A stretch of DNA of 53,977 bases, filler included, from Dimargaris cristalligena (Eukaryota), in assembly GCA_003614675.1 (NCBI GenBank). It is 2 parts of 2 records of this genome, joined end to end, with 100 filler letters (N's around TTAATTAATTAA, not from the genome) between each part and the next. Parts side by side here need not be neighbours in the genome. Positions count along the whole stretch, not along the records: positions 1 to 26,940 come from ML002530.1; positions 27,041 to 53,977 come from ML002531.1. One strand, 5' to 3'. The notes under the pieces are model-generated. The model made no database searches. It had not been told where the DNA came from and saw only the letters and a list, made by a program, of their open reading frames with translations. The position numbers were made by a program, and so were the translations under genes. Positions 21,953-33,000 of this stretch are shown here, piece after piece (position 1 is the stretch's first letter; each line of letters begins with the position of its first letter).

Positions 21953-22328
21953 AGAATGGCGCATCCCACTTCAGTTCGACTGGAATGTTATTCAGTCAGT
22001 GGTGGATTTGTGACTGTGCGCGGTTCTATTGATTTAGGGGGGGGGTTTTGTCAGAGTGTTTGATTCTATAACTATTTTATCTGAGTTGGTCGATGTCTCT
22101 TGTTACTGTTTGAATCTTTTACGCGTCAGTGTACTATAGGCTACTAATAGTCTCGAGGGGTTATACGGTGTGTCTGTTTACTAGTGTGCCATACTAGGAT
22201 GCACATCTGCTGGCTATGTTCTGTCTTGGGAGAGGGTGGTGATGACTGTTCTAAGGGGTGTGCTAGTGGGTGGTGTTCACAGCATGCTGTGCCAGGGTGT
22301 TAGTGAATTATAGTCACTATATTTAGCT

Positions 22329-25300
22329 CTAATGGGGTGCCGACTGGAATGGTTGTCTGGCTTCAGAATTGAGGGGTGTTGTATCATTCTCTTCGTCAGG
22401 TTCTATTGGGTTGTTCGCGTCATTGGGGGCGTTATTGCTTGCTGTTTGGTCTTTGATATTGTACCACCGTGCTTGGTATTCTCTTTGTCCTTTTAGGTAT
22501 AAGAGTCCTTGGGTCCGCTCCCTGTTTCTCACACCTCGTTTTCTTATTTGTAATATTTTTTCGATTTGATTATCTTCAACGCTTGTGATGTCTTCATGGT
22601 GTTGGAATGGTAAGTGTCCGATCCGAAGGATGTGTTTCTTTATATTGGATATATGGAAGACATCGTGTATTCTCCAGAGGTCAGGGGGGAGTTTTACTTT
22701 GATGGCCACTGGTGATATTCTTTTTGTAACTTGGTATGGCCCAACCCACTCATGTGCTAACTTTTTCTTTGGTCTTTGTTGATCATAGTCAGTGTTGATA
22801 TGGTCCGATTTGACTAACACCCAATCGTTTACTTCTATTTTGAGCTCTTGTCTACTACGATTTGAATACTCGGCCATGTAGTCTTGGGCTCTTGCTAGGT
22901 GATCCTTAGCCACTTGGATGGCATTAGTTCGACGACGTAGGAAGGCTTCAGCATCAGAAATTTCTGCATCAGGTTCAGTATTTGTCAGGAACGAGCTCGG
23001 TGTGCGCGGATCCCGACCCATAACGAGGAAATGTGCGGACTTTCCAGTGCTACTCTGTGTTACTGTGTTAATAGCAAATTCAACAGCTGTTAGGAGGTCT
23101 TCCCAGTTGTTTTGGTTCATGTTGAGATACCCCCGTAGTACTTGTTCAATTGTTCGGTTTCGTCGTTCCACATCACCATCACTGGATGGTCTATAGGCTG
23201 TTGTCATATTGATCGTCGTCTGGCAAAGTTTTTGGAGTTCAGTCCAGAATTCGGAAGTAAATCGTGGGTCGCGGTCAGAGATCAGTGTATTTGGGAGGCC
23301 ATGAAACCGGAAAACATGGTCAAAGAAGGTGCGTGCAATGTCTTTGGCCCCTGCTTGCATAGTTACCGGAATAAGGTAAGTAAATTTAGATAGTTTACAC
23401 ATGAATACTAATATTGCTGTGTTCCCTTTATCTGTTTGTGGTAGGTCAGTTATGAGGTCCATTGCAACAGTGTGGAATGGGTATGGAGGTATGCTATGTG
23501 GAAAAAGCAGGCCATTTTGATTTCTTGTTCGTGGTTTCGTCCTTTGGCAGGTATCACATGTTGCTATGTAGTGCCTGATTGTTTTGTCCATTCGCGGCCA
23601 GTAGTATTGCTTTCTTAGTCGCTGGAATGTGATGTCAGCTGCTAAGTGTCCAGCAATTGCACAATCATGGTTTTCCTTGATGAGGGTAGTTTGGCAATTT
23701 CGGTAGTTTGGGATACAAAGCTGGGGTTCCTCATCTTGTGTGTAGAAAAGCAGTTTGTTGTTACTAATCTGATACCGTTTTATTTTTGTGTCTTGTCCCT
23801 TTTGTGGTATAGTTGATGGGTTTAGTAGGATTTTGTAGGTTTTGCTAAAACCCGCATCTTCTATATAGCCCGATCGAAGTTGTTCTAGGTAGTTTTCACT
23901 CTGCGCAGCCATCACATCCAGTGACATTGTGTTTATTGCATGGTCCGGCTGTCTTGATAGTGCATCAGCTACTACATTATCTTTCCCCGGTTTATATGTG
24001 ATAGTATAGTTGAATTCACCAAGGAGTTCTAGCCAGCGGTGTTGCATTGAGGTAAGTTTTGCTTGTGATTTGAGGTATTGTAGTGGTCGGTGGTCAGTTT
24101 CGATTATAAATTTATCTGGACCATGGAGAAGGTGGCGCCAGCGTTGGATGGCTAGGTAGATTGCTAACATTTCCTTCATATGAACTGGATAATTGATTTG
24201 TGCTGGACTTAATTTAGTTGACATATATTCAATAGGGTGGCGGCCATCTTCGAATTCCTGTTCCAAACAGGCGCCAGTGGCGAAATTACTTGCATCGGTT
24301 GTAACATATGTTGCACGGCCAGTTTCGAAATGGCGTAGGACTGGTGCACTAAGTAGTGCTTGCTTAAGTACATTGAATGCGTTATCATGTTCGGGTGTCC
24401 AGTTAAACAGTTCTTTTGATTTAGTAAGTTCAGTAAGTGGCTGGGCTATGTTGGCATAATTGAGTATGAAACGCCTATAGTAATTGAAACTACCCAGGAT
24501 ACTTTGAAGGTCATTTGTGGTTTGCAGTGTAGGCCAGTTCTCGATTCCTGATAGTTTGTCTTTTGATGTACTAATCCCGTTTTTGTTGATTGTATGCCCC
24601 AAATACGTAATTGATCTCTGGAATAGGTATGCTTTTGATCGGCTGGCGAATAAAGAGTTTTCCCTTAGGCGTTGGAATACTTGGTGTAGATGGTCTTTAT
24701 GTTCTTCTTCATCCTTTGAGCCGATTAGGATGTCATCGAGGTACACGGAGACAAATGGCAGATCTTTGAAGATTCCATACATCATGTGGCTAAATGCTGG
24801 GGGGGATATTTTGCACCCTTGTGGGAGGGTTCTCCAGCAGAAGACTCCGAGGGGGCAGCGGAAAGCGGTGAGGTATTCAGATTCTGGTGCTATTCTCATT
24901 TGTTGGTACCCCGAGACCATATCTAGTGTTGACCAGATTTTGCAGCCTTTTGCTTTTTCCAATAGGTCCAGTGTATTTGGCATAGGCCATGATAAGTCTT
25001 CCATAGCTTCATTCATTTGGCGCATGTCAATTAGGAGGCGGCCTGTTCCATTTGGCTTTATCTTTATGAATGCTGGGGATGCAAAAGGGGCGTCACATTG
25101 GTAGATCTGGCCACGTTTTTCAAGTTCATTGATGATCTTTTGGAGGGCTTGTGTTTCTGAACTGCTAAGGCGGTATACTGGTCGGTTTTGGAGCTTTGCA
25201 TTGGGTTTGAGCCGGATTATTGGGTCATATTTTCGGAGTGGTGGGAGTGTTTCTGGTAGGTCATCTCTGATGCAGTCAGCAAATACTTTGAGGATTTCAG

Positions 25301-25799
25301 CTGCTTGGGGTTGATCATGGCCTTTGTCTTTGGTTGTGTTGGTTGAGCCTAGTGAATTGATGGTAATGATGTGGTTTTCCCAGTCAATATTTGCTTTGTT
25401 GGCTTTCATCCATGGTATTCCACATATAATATCATATGGGGTATCGATAATAAGGTATTCAAAACAGTGGGTACGGCCTGCATAGGATGTCTTGAGTGGT
25501 GTGCTTTTTCCTATTATATTGATACTTTGTCCATTTGCTAGGTTTGCTGTGCCAGTTACTTGGTTGATTTTTGTTTTGTCTGGTGGTAGAGTGGCTAGGA
25601 ATCTTGGTGACATGACCATTGCATCACAGCCTGTATCGAAAAGGGCATAGCTTGGTAGTCCAGCTATTTCAAGGTTGAATTTGATTGTCGACCCTACTTC
25701 ATTTTGCCAGTTACTGATGTTGATTCTTAGGGGCTCCACTTCAAGGTAATCATATTTATTTAGATCACAGTAAGGTAAGGGACCAGTAGTGGGAGCCAT
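22329..25799 (-). CDS. pol: Retrotransposon Pol (protease, RT, RNase H, integrase, chromodomain-like C-terminus)
   Basis: ALFDTGC (aspartic protease), LDMVSGYQQ / LPQG / YLDDILI (RT), TDASNFATGACLEQ...KEMLAI...TDHRPL (RNase H), H-H-C-C plus MDLITDLP/SDRDPRF/DGDVERRNR (integrase), WVGPY (GPY/F). The frame is open ~60 nt upstream of the ATG and overlaps gag in the -1 frame. Confidence 0.95.
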   Translation of the reverse strand: MAPTTGPLPYCDLNKYDYLEVEPLRINISNWQNEVGSTIKFNLEIAGLPSYALFDTGCDAMVMSPRFLATLPPDKTKINQVTGTANLANGQSINIIGKSTPLKTSYAGRTHCFEYLIIDTPYDIICGIPWMKANKANIDWENHIITINSLGSTNTTKDKGHDQPQAAEILKVFADCIRDDLPETLPPLRKYDPIIRLKPNAKLQNRPVYRLSSSETQALQKIINELEKRGQIYQCDAPFASPAFIKIKPNGTGRLLIDMRQMNEAMEDLSWPMPNTLDLLEKAKGCKIWSTLDMVSGYQQMRIAPESEYLTAFRCPLGVFCWRTLPQGCKISPPAFSHMMYGIFKDLPFVSVYLDDILIGSKDEEEHKDHLHQVFQRLRENSLFASRSKAYLFQRSITYLGHTINKNGISTSKDKLSGIENWPTLQTTNDLQSILGSFNYYRRFILNYANIAQPLTELTKSKELFNWTPEHDNAFNVLKQALLSAPVLRHFETGRATYVTTDASNFATGACLEQEFEDGRHPIEYMSTKLSPAQINYPVHMKEMLAIYLAIQRWRHLLHGPDKFIIETDHRPLQYLKSQAKLTSMQHRWLELLGEFNYTITYKPGKDNVVADALSRQPDHAINTMSLDVMAAQSENYLEQLRSGYIEDAGFSKTYKILLNPSTIPQKGQDTKIKRYQISNNKLLFYTQDEEPQLCIPNYRNCQTTLIKENHDCAIAGHLAADITFQRLRKQYYWPRMDKTIRHYIATCDTCQRTKPRTRNQNGLLFPHSIPPYPFHTVAMDLITDLPQTDKGNTAILVFMCKLSKFTYLIPVTMQAGAKDIARTFFDHVFRFHGLPNTLISDRDPRFTSEFWTELQKLCQTTINMTTAYRPSSDGDVERRNRTIEQVLRGYLNMNQNNWEDLLTAVEFAINTVTQSSTGKSAHFLVMGRDPRTPSSFLTNTEPDAEISDAEAFLRRRTNAIQVAKDHLARAQDYMAEYSNRSRQELKIEVNDWVLVKSDHINTDYDQQRPKKKLAHEWVGPYQVTKRISPVAIKVKLPPDLWRIHDVFHISNIKKHILRIGHLPFQHHEDITSVEDNQIEKILQIRKRGVRNRERTQGLLYLKGQREYQARWYNIKDQTASNNAPNDANNPIEPDEENDTTPLNSEARQPFQSAPH

Positions 25800-25804
25800 G
25801 TATT

Positions 25805-26803
25805 CTACTGGTCTTCCTGAAAATCCGAGGGCAGTTGTTGGGTTTCTGCAGTATTGGGGTTATTGGCACTGGGGTTGTACCCCATTTGGGGGGGGTATAC
25901 CTGCGGGAAATAGTAGGGTGCCATATGCATTGGGTTGGGGCCTGGCATATGGTAGCCATAGGGGGCCATTGGTTGTGCAGGCATGGGGCTGACTTCAAAG
26001 TTGTTGACGCGAGTACGGGATTGTAAGCGGTAGTGTTGGCGGTTTGGGTAGCCTGGCTGGTGGGGTTGCTTTTGTCTGTATTTTGGGCAGTTATCTTGGT
26101 AGTGGCCCAGTTGGCGGCAAGCAAAACATCCTCCATTTGCTCTCAGGTGTTCACGTTCTTGGGGAGTTAGTTTGGTAGGGTTCTGATTTCTGGGGTTGGG
26201 TCTTTTGAAGTGAAAAGCATCGATATCCATAGCTGTTGAGTTGTGCTGTTGTTGCTTAGGTGGGTTGGGCAGATGTCCAAATTGTGATTCAAGGACATTG
26301 GCACGGATAGTGGTGGTCTCAAAGTTAGTATCTGGTTCCATTTGGATTTTGTATTTGATTTCCGTTTTTAGGCCTCGGATATAGGTACGGCGTTTCTCAT
26401 CATCACTCATGTTGGGGATTCTGAGGCAAAGTTGTCGGAACTTCATTTCATAGTCAGCTACTCCTCCAGTTTGCTTAAGTTTTTCCAGGTCATGTTCTGC
26501 CATTTTGGAGTTGGAAGTATAGCTGAACTGGTTGGTGAGTCTATTGGCTAGGGTGGTGAAGTCAGGGAAGATGGATGATTCTTCTGCTTCTTGGGTGACC
26601 ATTTCGAACCAGTCATAGGCATTTCCAGTTAGGTTATTGACAGCACTGTCTAGTTTGGATTGTTCATTAGTGACTGCTTGGAGGCGGAAGTAGCGGTTCA
26701 TCTGGCTTATCCATCGTTTGGCATCACCAGTCCCATTGAATTGGGGGGGTTTCTCTCCATGGAGGCGGTGGGTTGGGGTCATGGTTGGGTTAGGAGTGCT
26801 CAT
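25805..26803 (-). CDS. gag: Retrotransposon Gag (capsid plus CCHC zinc knuckle), 332 aa
   Basis: EKPPQFNG, LTGNAYDWF, LKQTGGVADYEMKF, YIRGLK, AMDID, CFACRQLGHYQDNC. Confidence 0.92.
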   Translation of the reverse strand: MSTPNPTMTPTHRLHGEKPPQFNGTGDAKRWISQMNRYFRLQAVTNEQSKLDSAVNNLTGNAYDWFEMVTQEAEESSIFPDFTTLANRLTNQFSYTSNSKMAEHDLEKLKQTGGVADYEMKFRQLCLRIPNMSDDEKRRTYIRGLKTEIKYKIQMEPDTNFETTTIRANVLESQFGHLPNPPKQQQHNSTAMDIDAFHFKRPNPRNQNPTKLTPQEREHLRANGGCFACRQLGHYQDNCPKYRQKQPHQPGYPNRQHYRLQSRTRVNNFEVSPMPAQPMAPYGYHMPGPNPMHMAPYYFPQVYPPQMGYNPSANNPNTAETQQLPSDFQEDQ

Positions 26804-26940
26804 AGTTGGGGAAGGTGGGAGTGAGTAGAATCCAGTAGATTCAGTGGTGTCAGTATAGGTATCAGACTCAGTAGAGTCAAAAAGGATGCCAAAAGTCGTC
26901 AGGTTGGGTATTCAGGTAGGGGGGGGGGCAAGGTATAGTT

Positions 26941-27040
26941 NNNNNNNNNNNNNNNNNNNNNNNNNNNNNNNNNNNNNNNNNNNNTTAATTAATTAANNNN
27001 NNNNNNNNNNNNNNNNNNNNNNNNNNNNNNNNNNNNNNNN
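26941..27040. other. Artificial assembly spacer (44 N + TTAATTAATTAA + 44 N)
   Basis: TTAATTAATTAA at 26985-26996 places stop codons in all six frames and is a typical contig-joining linker. It sits at the midpoint of the window. Confidence 0.95.
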
Positions 27041-28671
27041 CCGAAGGGTATTCCAATGATACAGTGTTCATGTTCATGAATAGTCTACTCTGGCGGTGTA
27101 GTCCAATCGTTTCTGGTGCATTTTGAGTCGAGGAACGGAGCATCCAGCGCTATCACCGGTCTCGGGAACACAGCGTCGCCACTATTTGGACAAATGTCCG
27201 TATCTGCGGGCGCAATGGAGCGGGATTCCCACCATCACGACCAAACGAAAGATGCTTTGATAGGATTGGCCTATTCCCTTCGGGACTTGACCTAGTCCAG
27301 ATTACGATAGGTCCCGCCGACAAATATGCGAAGTCACTGTCATCCAATAGCTATCGAATAGCAGTCCTTATAACCCACTACAGTTTGATTTGACCGGCAC
27401 AGTTAGGACGGTCGGGACCAAATTTGGATCCAATATTACTACCACCACTGCTATTCTAATGGGACAATGGCATGTGTGCCACTAGTTGCACAGCCTAAGC
27501 CGGGTGAATCCATCCACCCTGCTATGCACTACTACACTGTGGGACAGGGGGGGGGTGGAGACGGAGGCACATGGTGAAGGCGCCGAAAAGTGACCATTTA
27601 TAGATGGGCAGCACTTTAATTAGAGCCGTTGAGATATATAAATAAACAAGAGTAAAAGGGGGAGGATTAGATCGAAGGCGGCAGCCGGCTACAGCAACCT
27701 CAACGACAATGATGTAGCAGAAGGCACGTATGACAAGTAAATACTATGGTAATTAAGGGGGATCTGATCCTGGGGTATTTATGGGCTTCGCCATCCTGGC
27801 GTGAATGAGTGCCCCTGGAGAACGGTGGGGTGGGTATGCCATTCCGGTGTATTGGCTGTGTGCGCGTGTCCTCTTGGCCCAGGGAACGGGGTAGCTATAG
27901 CCTTTGATAGACCGTGGCCATTCAGCCCCGTCCCCACCGTTACCCCGTGCCGGCCGAAAGATGGTCCGCTTGCCCCTGTACCAAGCTGCCCAGCAAGGGA
28001 GGAAAAGACAAGTGTCGTCAGGGGAGCTTAGCCGTTGGGCAGGAGTGCCATTGATTCGGTCAACACATTTCATTGATTGCACTGATTCCATAGTGACGGG
28101 GCAAACAGGCCAGCTCATGGCGTGCAGAATGGTTTAATACTTCACTGCCAGTAAATTACGTCGTTGGGCCCCACAAGTAGATGGGCGGAAAAAGTGCGGC
28201 TAATCGACCCAAATATGAGCCACGTCGATGTCGCTTGCCTAAAGATGAAGGAGTCGCTCATAACACGGATATTTATATTTAGATCTAGATTTTAGGCTGG
28301 CGGTGTAAAAGGCAGACATTAAGCCCACTTCATCGGCTTTGTGGGGAAAAGCTTCTATTCAGCAGCTTCCCACACACAAAGTTGAGTGGATGATGATGGG
28401 GGGATCCAACCACAATACTGTTCACAAGGCTTATCCGCCCCATACGGTTTGGACTATCAACCACCCATTTACTACCGAAATGCCCCCAATGGAACCAGGC
28501 TGAGACCAGTCCAGTCTGGTCTGTCCCAAGACAAACCCGCTTGGTTGGCATTTCCTCCACCCCTACCATTTGTTCCTTATTTATATACCCTACATATTTT
28601 GGTGCTATTTGAACCCCCTCCCCCCTTATAACCCCCATGGTCTAACCTCCCAGCTCCCTGAAGTAAACGAA

Positions 28672-30018
28672 ATGAGCAGCACCAATCAGTCCACCTCCCC
28701 CAGCTTTGAACACCTACTGCCCCCGCATTGGTCGACCCTAGTCACCGAATGGCTTAAGGAGGACACCCCCTCCTTTGACTACGGAGGCTTCGTTGTGGGC
28801 GAGAAAGAAGAAACCGCCGTGTTGCTGGGCAAGTCGCCGGGTGTTGTGGCTGGCAAACCCTTTTTTGACCAGGTCTTTAGCCAGCTGGGCTGTCGGTGAG
28901 TCTTCCGAATAATAATGATGGTAGAACTGCCAAACATGCTTAATAGGGCTTGCGTGACTTCTGTGTATTTAAGACACGGGTTCCTTATATTATTTACAGA
29001 ATGAGCCCTGACAAAACTGCCCACCATTTCCAGGCCCCCCAGTGTATTCACCAGATCATGCCAACCTCTTTACCGGTAACCTGTGATCCTGGGCCTGAAC
29101 CACCGATTACCCACTCTTACCTATAATACCTATGTAACATTCATTACCATACTCCCTTTTCAACTTATCCTCAGTGTCGAATGGATAGTGCCCGAAGGGG
29201 AGTCCTTTGAGCCCATCACCAAAGTGGCCTACGTCTACGGCCCCGCTCGCCAGCTTTTGATGGGCGAACGGGTGGCCCTCAACATGCTGGCCCGGTGCAG
29301 CGGGATTGCCACTCGCGCGCGTCGCCTTCGCTCCATCAAAGAGGCCCACGGCTTCCAGGGCATTATCGCCGGTACCCGCAAGACCACTCCGGGTTTCCGT
29401 ATTGTCGAAAAATACGCCATGCTGGTCGGCGGAATTGATACGCACCGCATGGACCTGTCCTCCAGTATCATGCTCAAGGATAACCACATCTGGAGCCAAG
29501 GTTCCATCACCGCGGCTGTCCACAAGGCCCGCCAGGCCGGGGGGTTCTCCATCAAAATCGAAGTGGAATGCCAGTCCGAGGCGGAGGCCGATGAGGCCAT
29601 TACCGCCGGTGCCGACATTGTCATGCTCGATAACTTCGACGGCCCCGGACTCCAGGCGGCCGCCGAAAGTCTGCGCCAGCGCTGGACCCGCCAAGGTCGC
29701 CCCGATGTCCTCATTGAGGCAAGTGGGGGTATTACCGAAGAGACCATCGCCGACTATTTCTCACCCCGTAAGTTTCACTTTTATAGTTCGTTATTTCACC
29801 GGTTTCTATTACCACCCCACCCACGACGAGGTTATTGGACTTACGAAGATATACCTGGGTCCTCACCATCTCTAATACCTTTGTATAACTTCGCTACGGC
29901 CACTATTAACCATTCACTCGCTTCCCCTGCCGAAGATATCAACATCATCAGCTTGGGGTCTGTGACACAGGGCGTTCCTCACGTTGACTTCTCCCTCAAG
30001 ATCCAGAAGAAACAGTGA
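28672..30018 (+). CDS. BNA6: Nicotinate-nucleotide pyrophosphorylase (quinolinate phosphoribosyltransferase); exons 28672-28895, 29175-29767, 29936-30018 (~299 aa)
   Basis: [117 protein letters not shown]. Both GT-AG introns keep the frame. Confidence 0.95.
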
Positions 30019-33000
30019 GGACTAGATGGGCGCTGATAACGCCCCTAAGCCCATTTCCATCAATCGAGCAAGCGGTTATATTCCCCCTGTAAATTGCGGC
30101 AACTGTGTCTATCGTATATATAAGTAGTACACTGTAAGACCTAACTATACAGGATTGCCCATAATGATATTATATACATAAATATATCTAGTGGATATGT
30201 ATTAGCATGGGGGTGCAGGCTTACAATATGTACCCATTATAATATATCAAAATACATTATTACTTTAATTCAAGGAGTACATGTGATAAGGCAAAAGGCA
30301 AGAGCGAATAGTTGTTTCCATCAACCTGATAGGTTGTGAAGAAGGCATTCCCTAACCAAGGATGGTTAGTGGCCTATCTATATACCTGGGCCAAAGTGTA
30401 GTTGGGATATTTCCTTATCTGCCGAAAACAAAGGCTCAGTGCTTTTATCCGGGTCCCGTGACCGATTTTGGGCAAGCTTAGAGGGAATATGCTAATCTGG
30501 AACTGCGCCCTTGCAAGTAATCTTTTCGTCGACATAGACCACCATTGATAAATGGATTTGTGTAACATCAAAAAGTACGGCCGGTTAATGGTACGCATAT
30601 TATTGACATTCATGTTGTCACTTCTATAATGTACACTAACTTAACGAATTGAAAACGTATAAGATAAGTTAACTGCCAACATCTAACCCTCGCTTGACTT
30701 CGCTCCGACTCTTGGAGCATGGTCCCTGTTGTATCCGCGGCGGCGAATCCTATTTAGTTTACGTTGCCAAAAGAATGAATTTACTATTGACTTAGAGGTA
30801 CCTCTGGTTGCCAGCGACGAAAGTAATTGTAGTTCTGGGGGCGTTGCATATTAAAATACCGGCCATAATTATGAAATCGGATTGTACACATGCATTCTCA
30901 TTGAGCCACTAAATCCTTGGAATAGACCGTAGTTACAGTGATTGGTTTAAAAGAGCCGCAAGATAATTGCGTAAGCCGTTTTACAAAAAAAAATAGGGAC
31001 AGTTATGTAGGATGAGAATATTATTAAGAGGCCTAAGGGAATGATTTACCTAATTATATGTACTCCTTGCAGTGGTTTTAGATGGTTGAACGAAATACAC
31101 TAGTGTAAAGGGCTTGAGTGGTAAGGATAGTACTGCCTAGGATTATGTTAGTGTGGTAGTCGATATAAAGTCAGTAATAAACTACGGAAAAAATGGGGTC
31201 ACCAATTCGTGTAAAAACTCAACCAAGTATCGGTCCAAAGTGCCAGTGCGAAGGACTCAGTAAAATAAGCCTAACTGACTGAACACCCAAGCCAAGATAA
31301 AGTTCCAATAAGGGAGTACAAGTTCATTTTTATTCAATTGAATGGTGATATTAGTGTCATTGTTTCTGATTATTTAGACATGCACACGCTGATAAGGGCC
31401 TATGCAACTTTGCATTGCTCCAGGCAATGTTCATTTTCCACTTGGTCGCTACCATAACCGGGTGATAAATCCATGCATATTTAAAGCACCAAACCAACAT
31501 TTTTCTTAATAGCTCACTTACTCGCCACAAGATACTATGACTTATAGCGCATATCAAGGCCTTATGAGGGTTATCAGCCTATCGGGACGATGTATATAGA
31601 AGTGCCTTCGATGATTCCTATTGTAAAACAAAGAATTGTCCACTTTAGTATCGCTTTTTCTCTTACGTGTTGTTCCTAGTAAATTGTTTCTTTACGCTCG
31701 GTATTATTGGCCCTTCACATGTGGTGCCCTCTCCCCATCCCTTAAGAGGTTCCCTACTTACTATTAATACATTCGATTATAGGTGTCAGGTCAGGCGGAA
31801 AGTCAAGTCTTTGGATTGGTACTGGACCCCCCGTCCCTTTTATCGATTCCGCCGCGTGGCCATCCCTGGACATATATCCCCAAATCTATTTAGTCGCTGT
31901 TTTTAGGTATTGGGGCCGCCAAGAATTCTGCTGATCCACACGCCGTTTAGAATTATGCAACTGGCCCGCTAAGGACATGGCTATTATTATTTATAAAATT
32001 TATTGCGTAGTAGAGTGGTTGGTCTATACGTGAGGATGTGTAGGTTAGATGTTATATCCTGCTGATGAAATTATTCATCTAGTGGTGTTATTGTTGATCA
32101 ATAGCCATTGCTTGTAAAATAATCGCTTACACGCTTCAATGACCATTTGGTAATTGGTAGTTATGGACAACCAGGTCTCTCAGTTTGATACTAAATTATC
32201 AATTGTCGAAAAAAAATCCTAGCCGTGGTGGTTCTGACATGCCTAGATGCTATATGATTTAAAGGATATATTATTAGAAAATAGACCTCACAGCTTGGGG
32301 CACGTTCATACTTATCTTACTCACCTGACTTCGTCTATATTCTATTATCAACTATTCAGTCATTACTCAATAAAACCAAGTGAAGAGGTTCTCCTGAATC
32401 TCTTTGCGGCTTTTCTTTCTTATTATTATTTTGATATACTCTATTAGCTTGCGAATTCTACCTAGAATACATCTCCAACATATATTACATCCACCACCCG
32501 ATGATTTACTAATTGTTGGTCATCGGCATTAAGAATCATTTCTTACCTGCTCTTCTTGGAGGCCCCCCGACCCACTCACCGACTGGGGCTGCTAGCTGCA
32601 ATCCTAAAGGGACCAGTTAAATTATTCGTTTTAAACATTATGTTAATAGAGGGGAAAGAAAAATTTTTCATCCGAAAATTGTTTTCTCTATCTTTCTCCT
32701 TCTTTTATTCCTTCCTACCATCTGACCCTATTAGTCTATTATATTTTTACTATCAAGATTTGTCTCAGCCGTGTTCTTTACATATGTGCACGACGACTTT
32801 TCGGTTATTATAGACCGTGGACTTGTCCATTGTGTGAAATAAGTATCACTAGTAAATAACAAAACGTCGACGGCATCTATTAACGATAATTCCTAGGTTG
32901 TTGATCAATCCTCTCTCTCTCTCCTCTCTCGCTCTGAGATAATCCAGTCCCTGTCATGAAGTATCTTGGCGTACGTGGTTACAAAAATACCTGACGGTTC

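Larger units (their letters stand above)
21830..26940 (-). mobile_element. Ty3/gypsy (chromovirus-type) LTR retrotransposon, 5' end cut by the assembly spacer
   Basis: Stop-free gag and pol in PR-RT-RH-IN-chromodomain order, followed by a polypurine tract and 3' LTR. The 5' LTR and PBS are not seen before the N gap. Confidence 0.95.

Noticed and set aside
25765..26136. 123-aa +1-frame ORF bridging gag and pol
   Set aside because: Not in the pol frame and it stops at 25765; the -1 frameshift cassette explains the junction better.
26985..26996. TTAATTAATTAA palindrome as a biological site (e.g. piggyBac TTAA target)
   Set aside because: Embedded symmetrically in Ns; a standard artificial linker.
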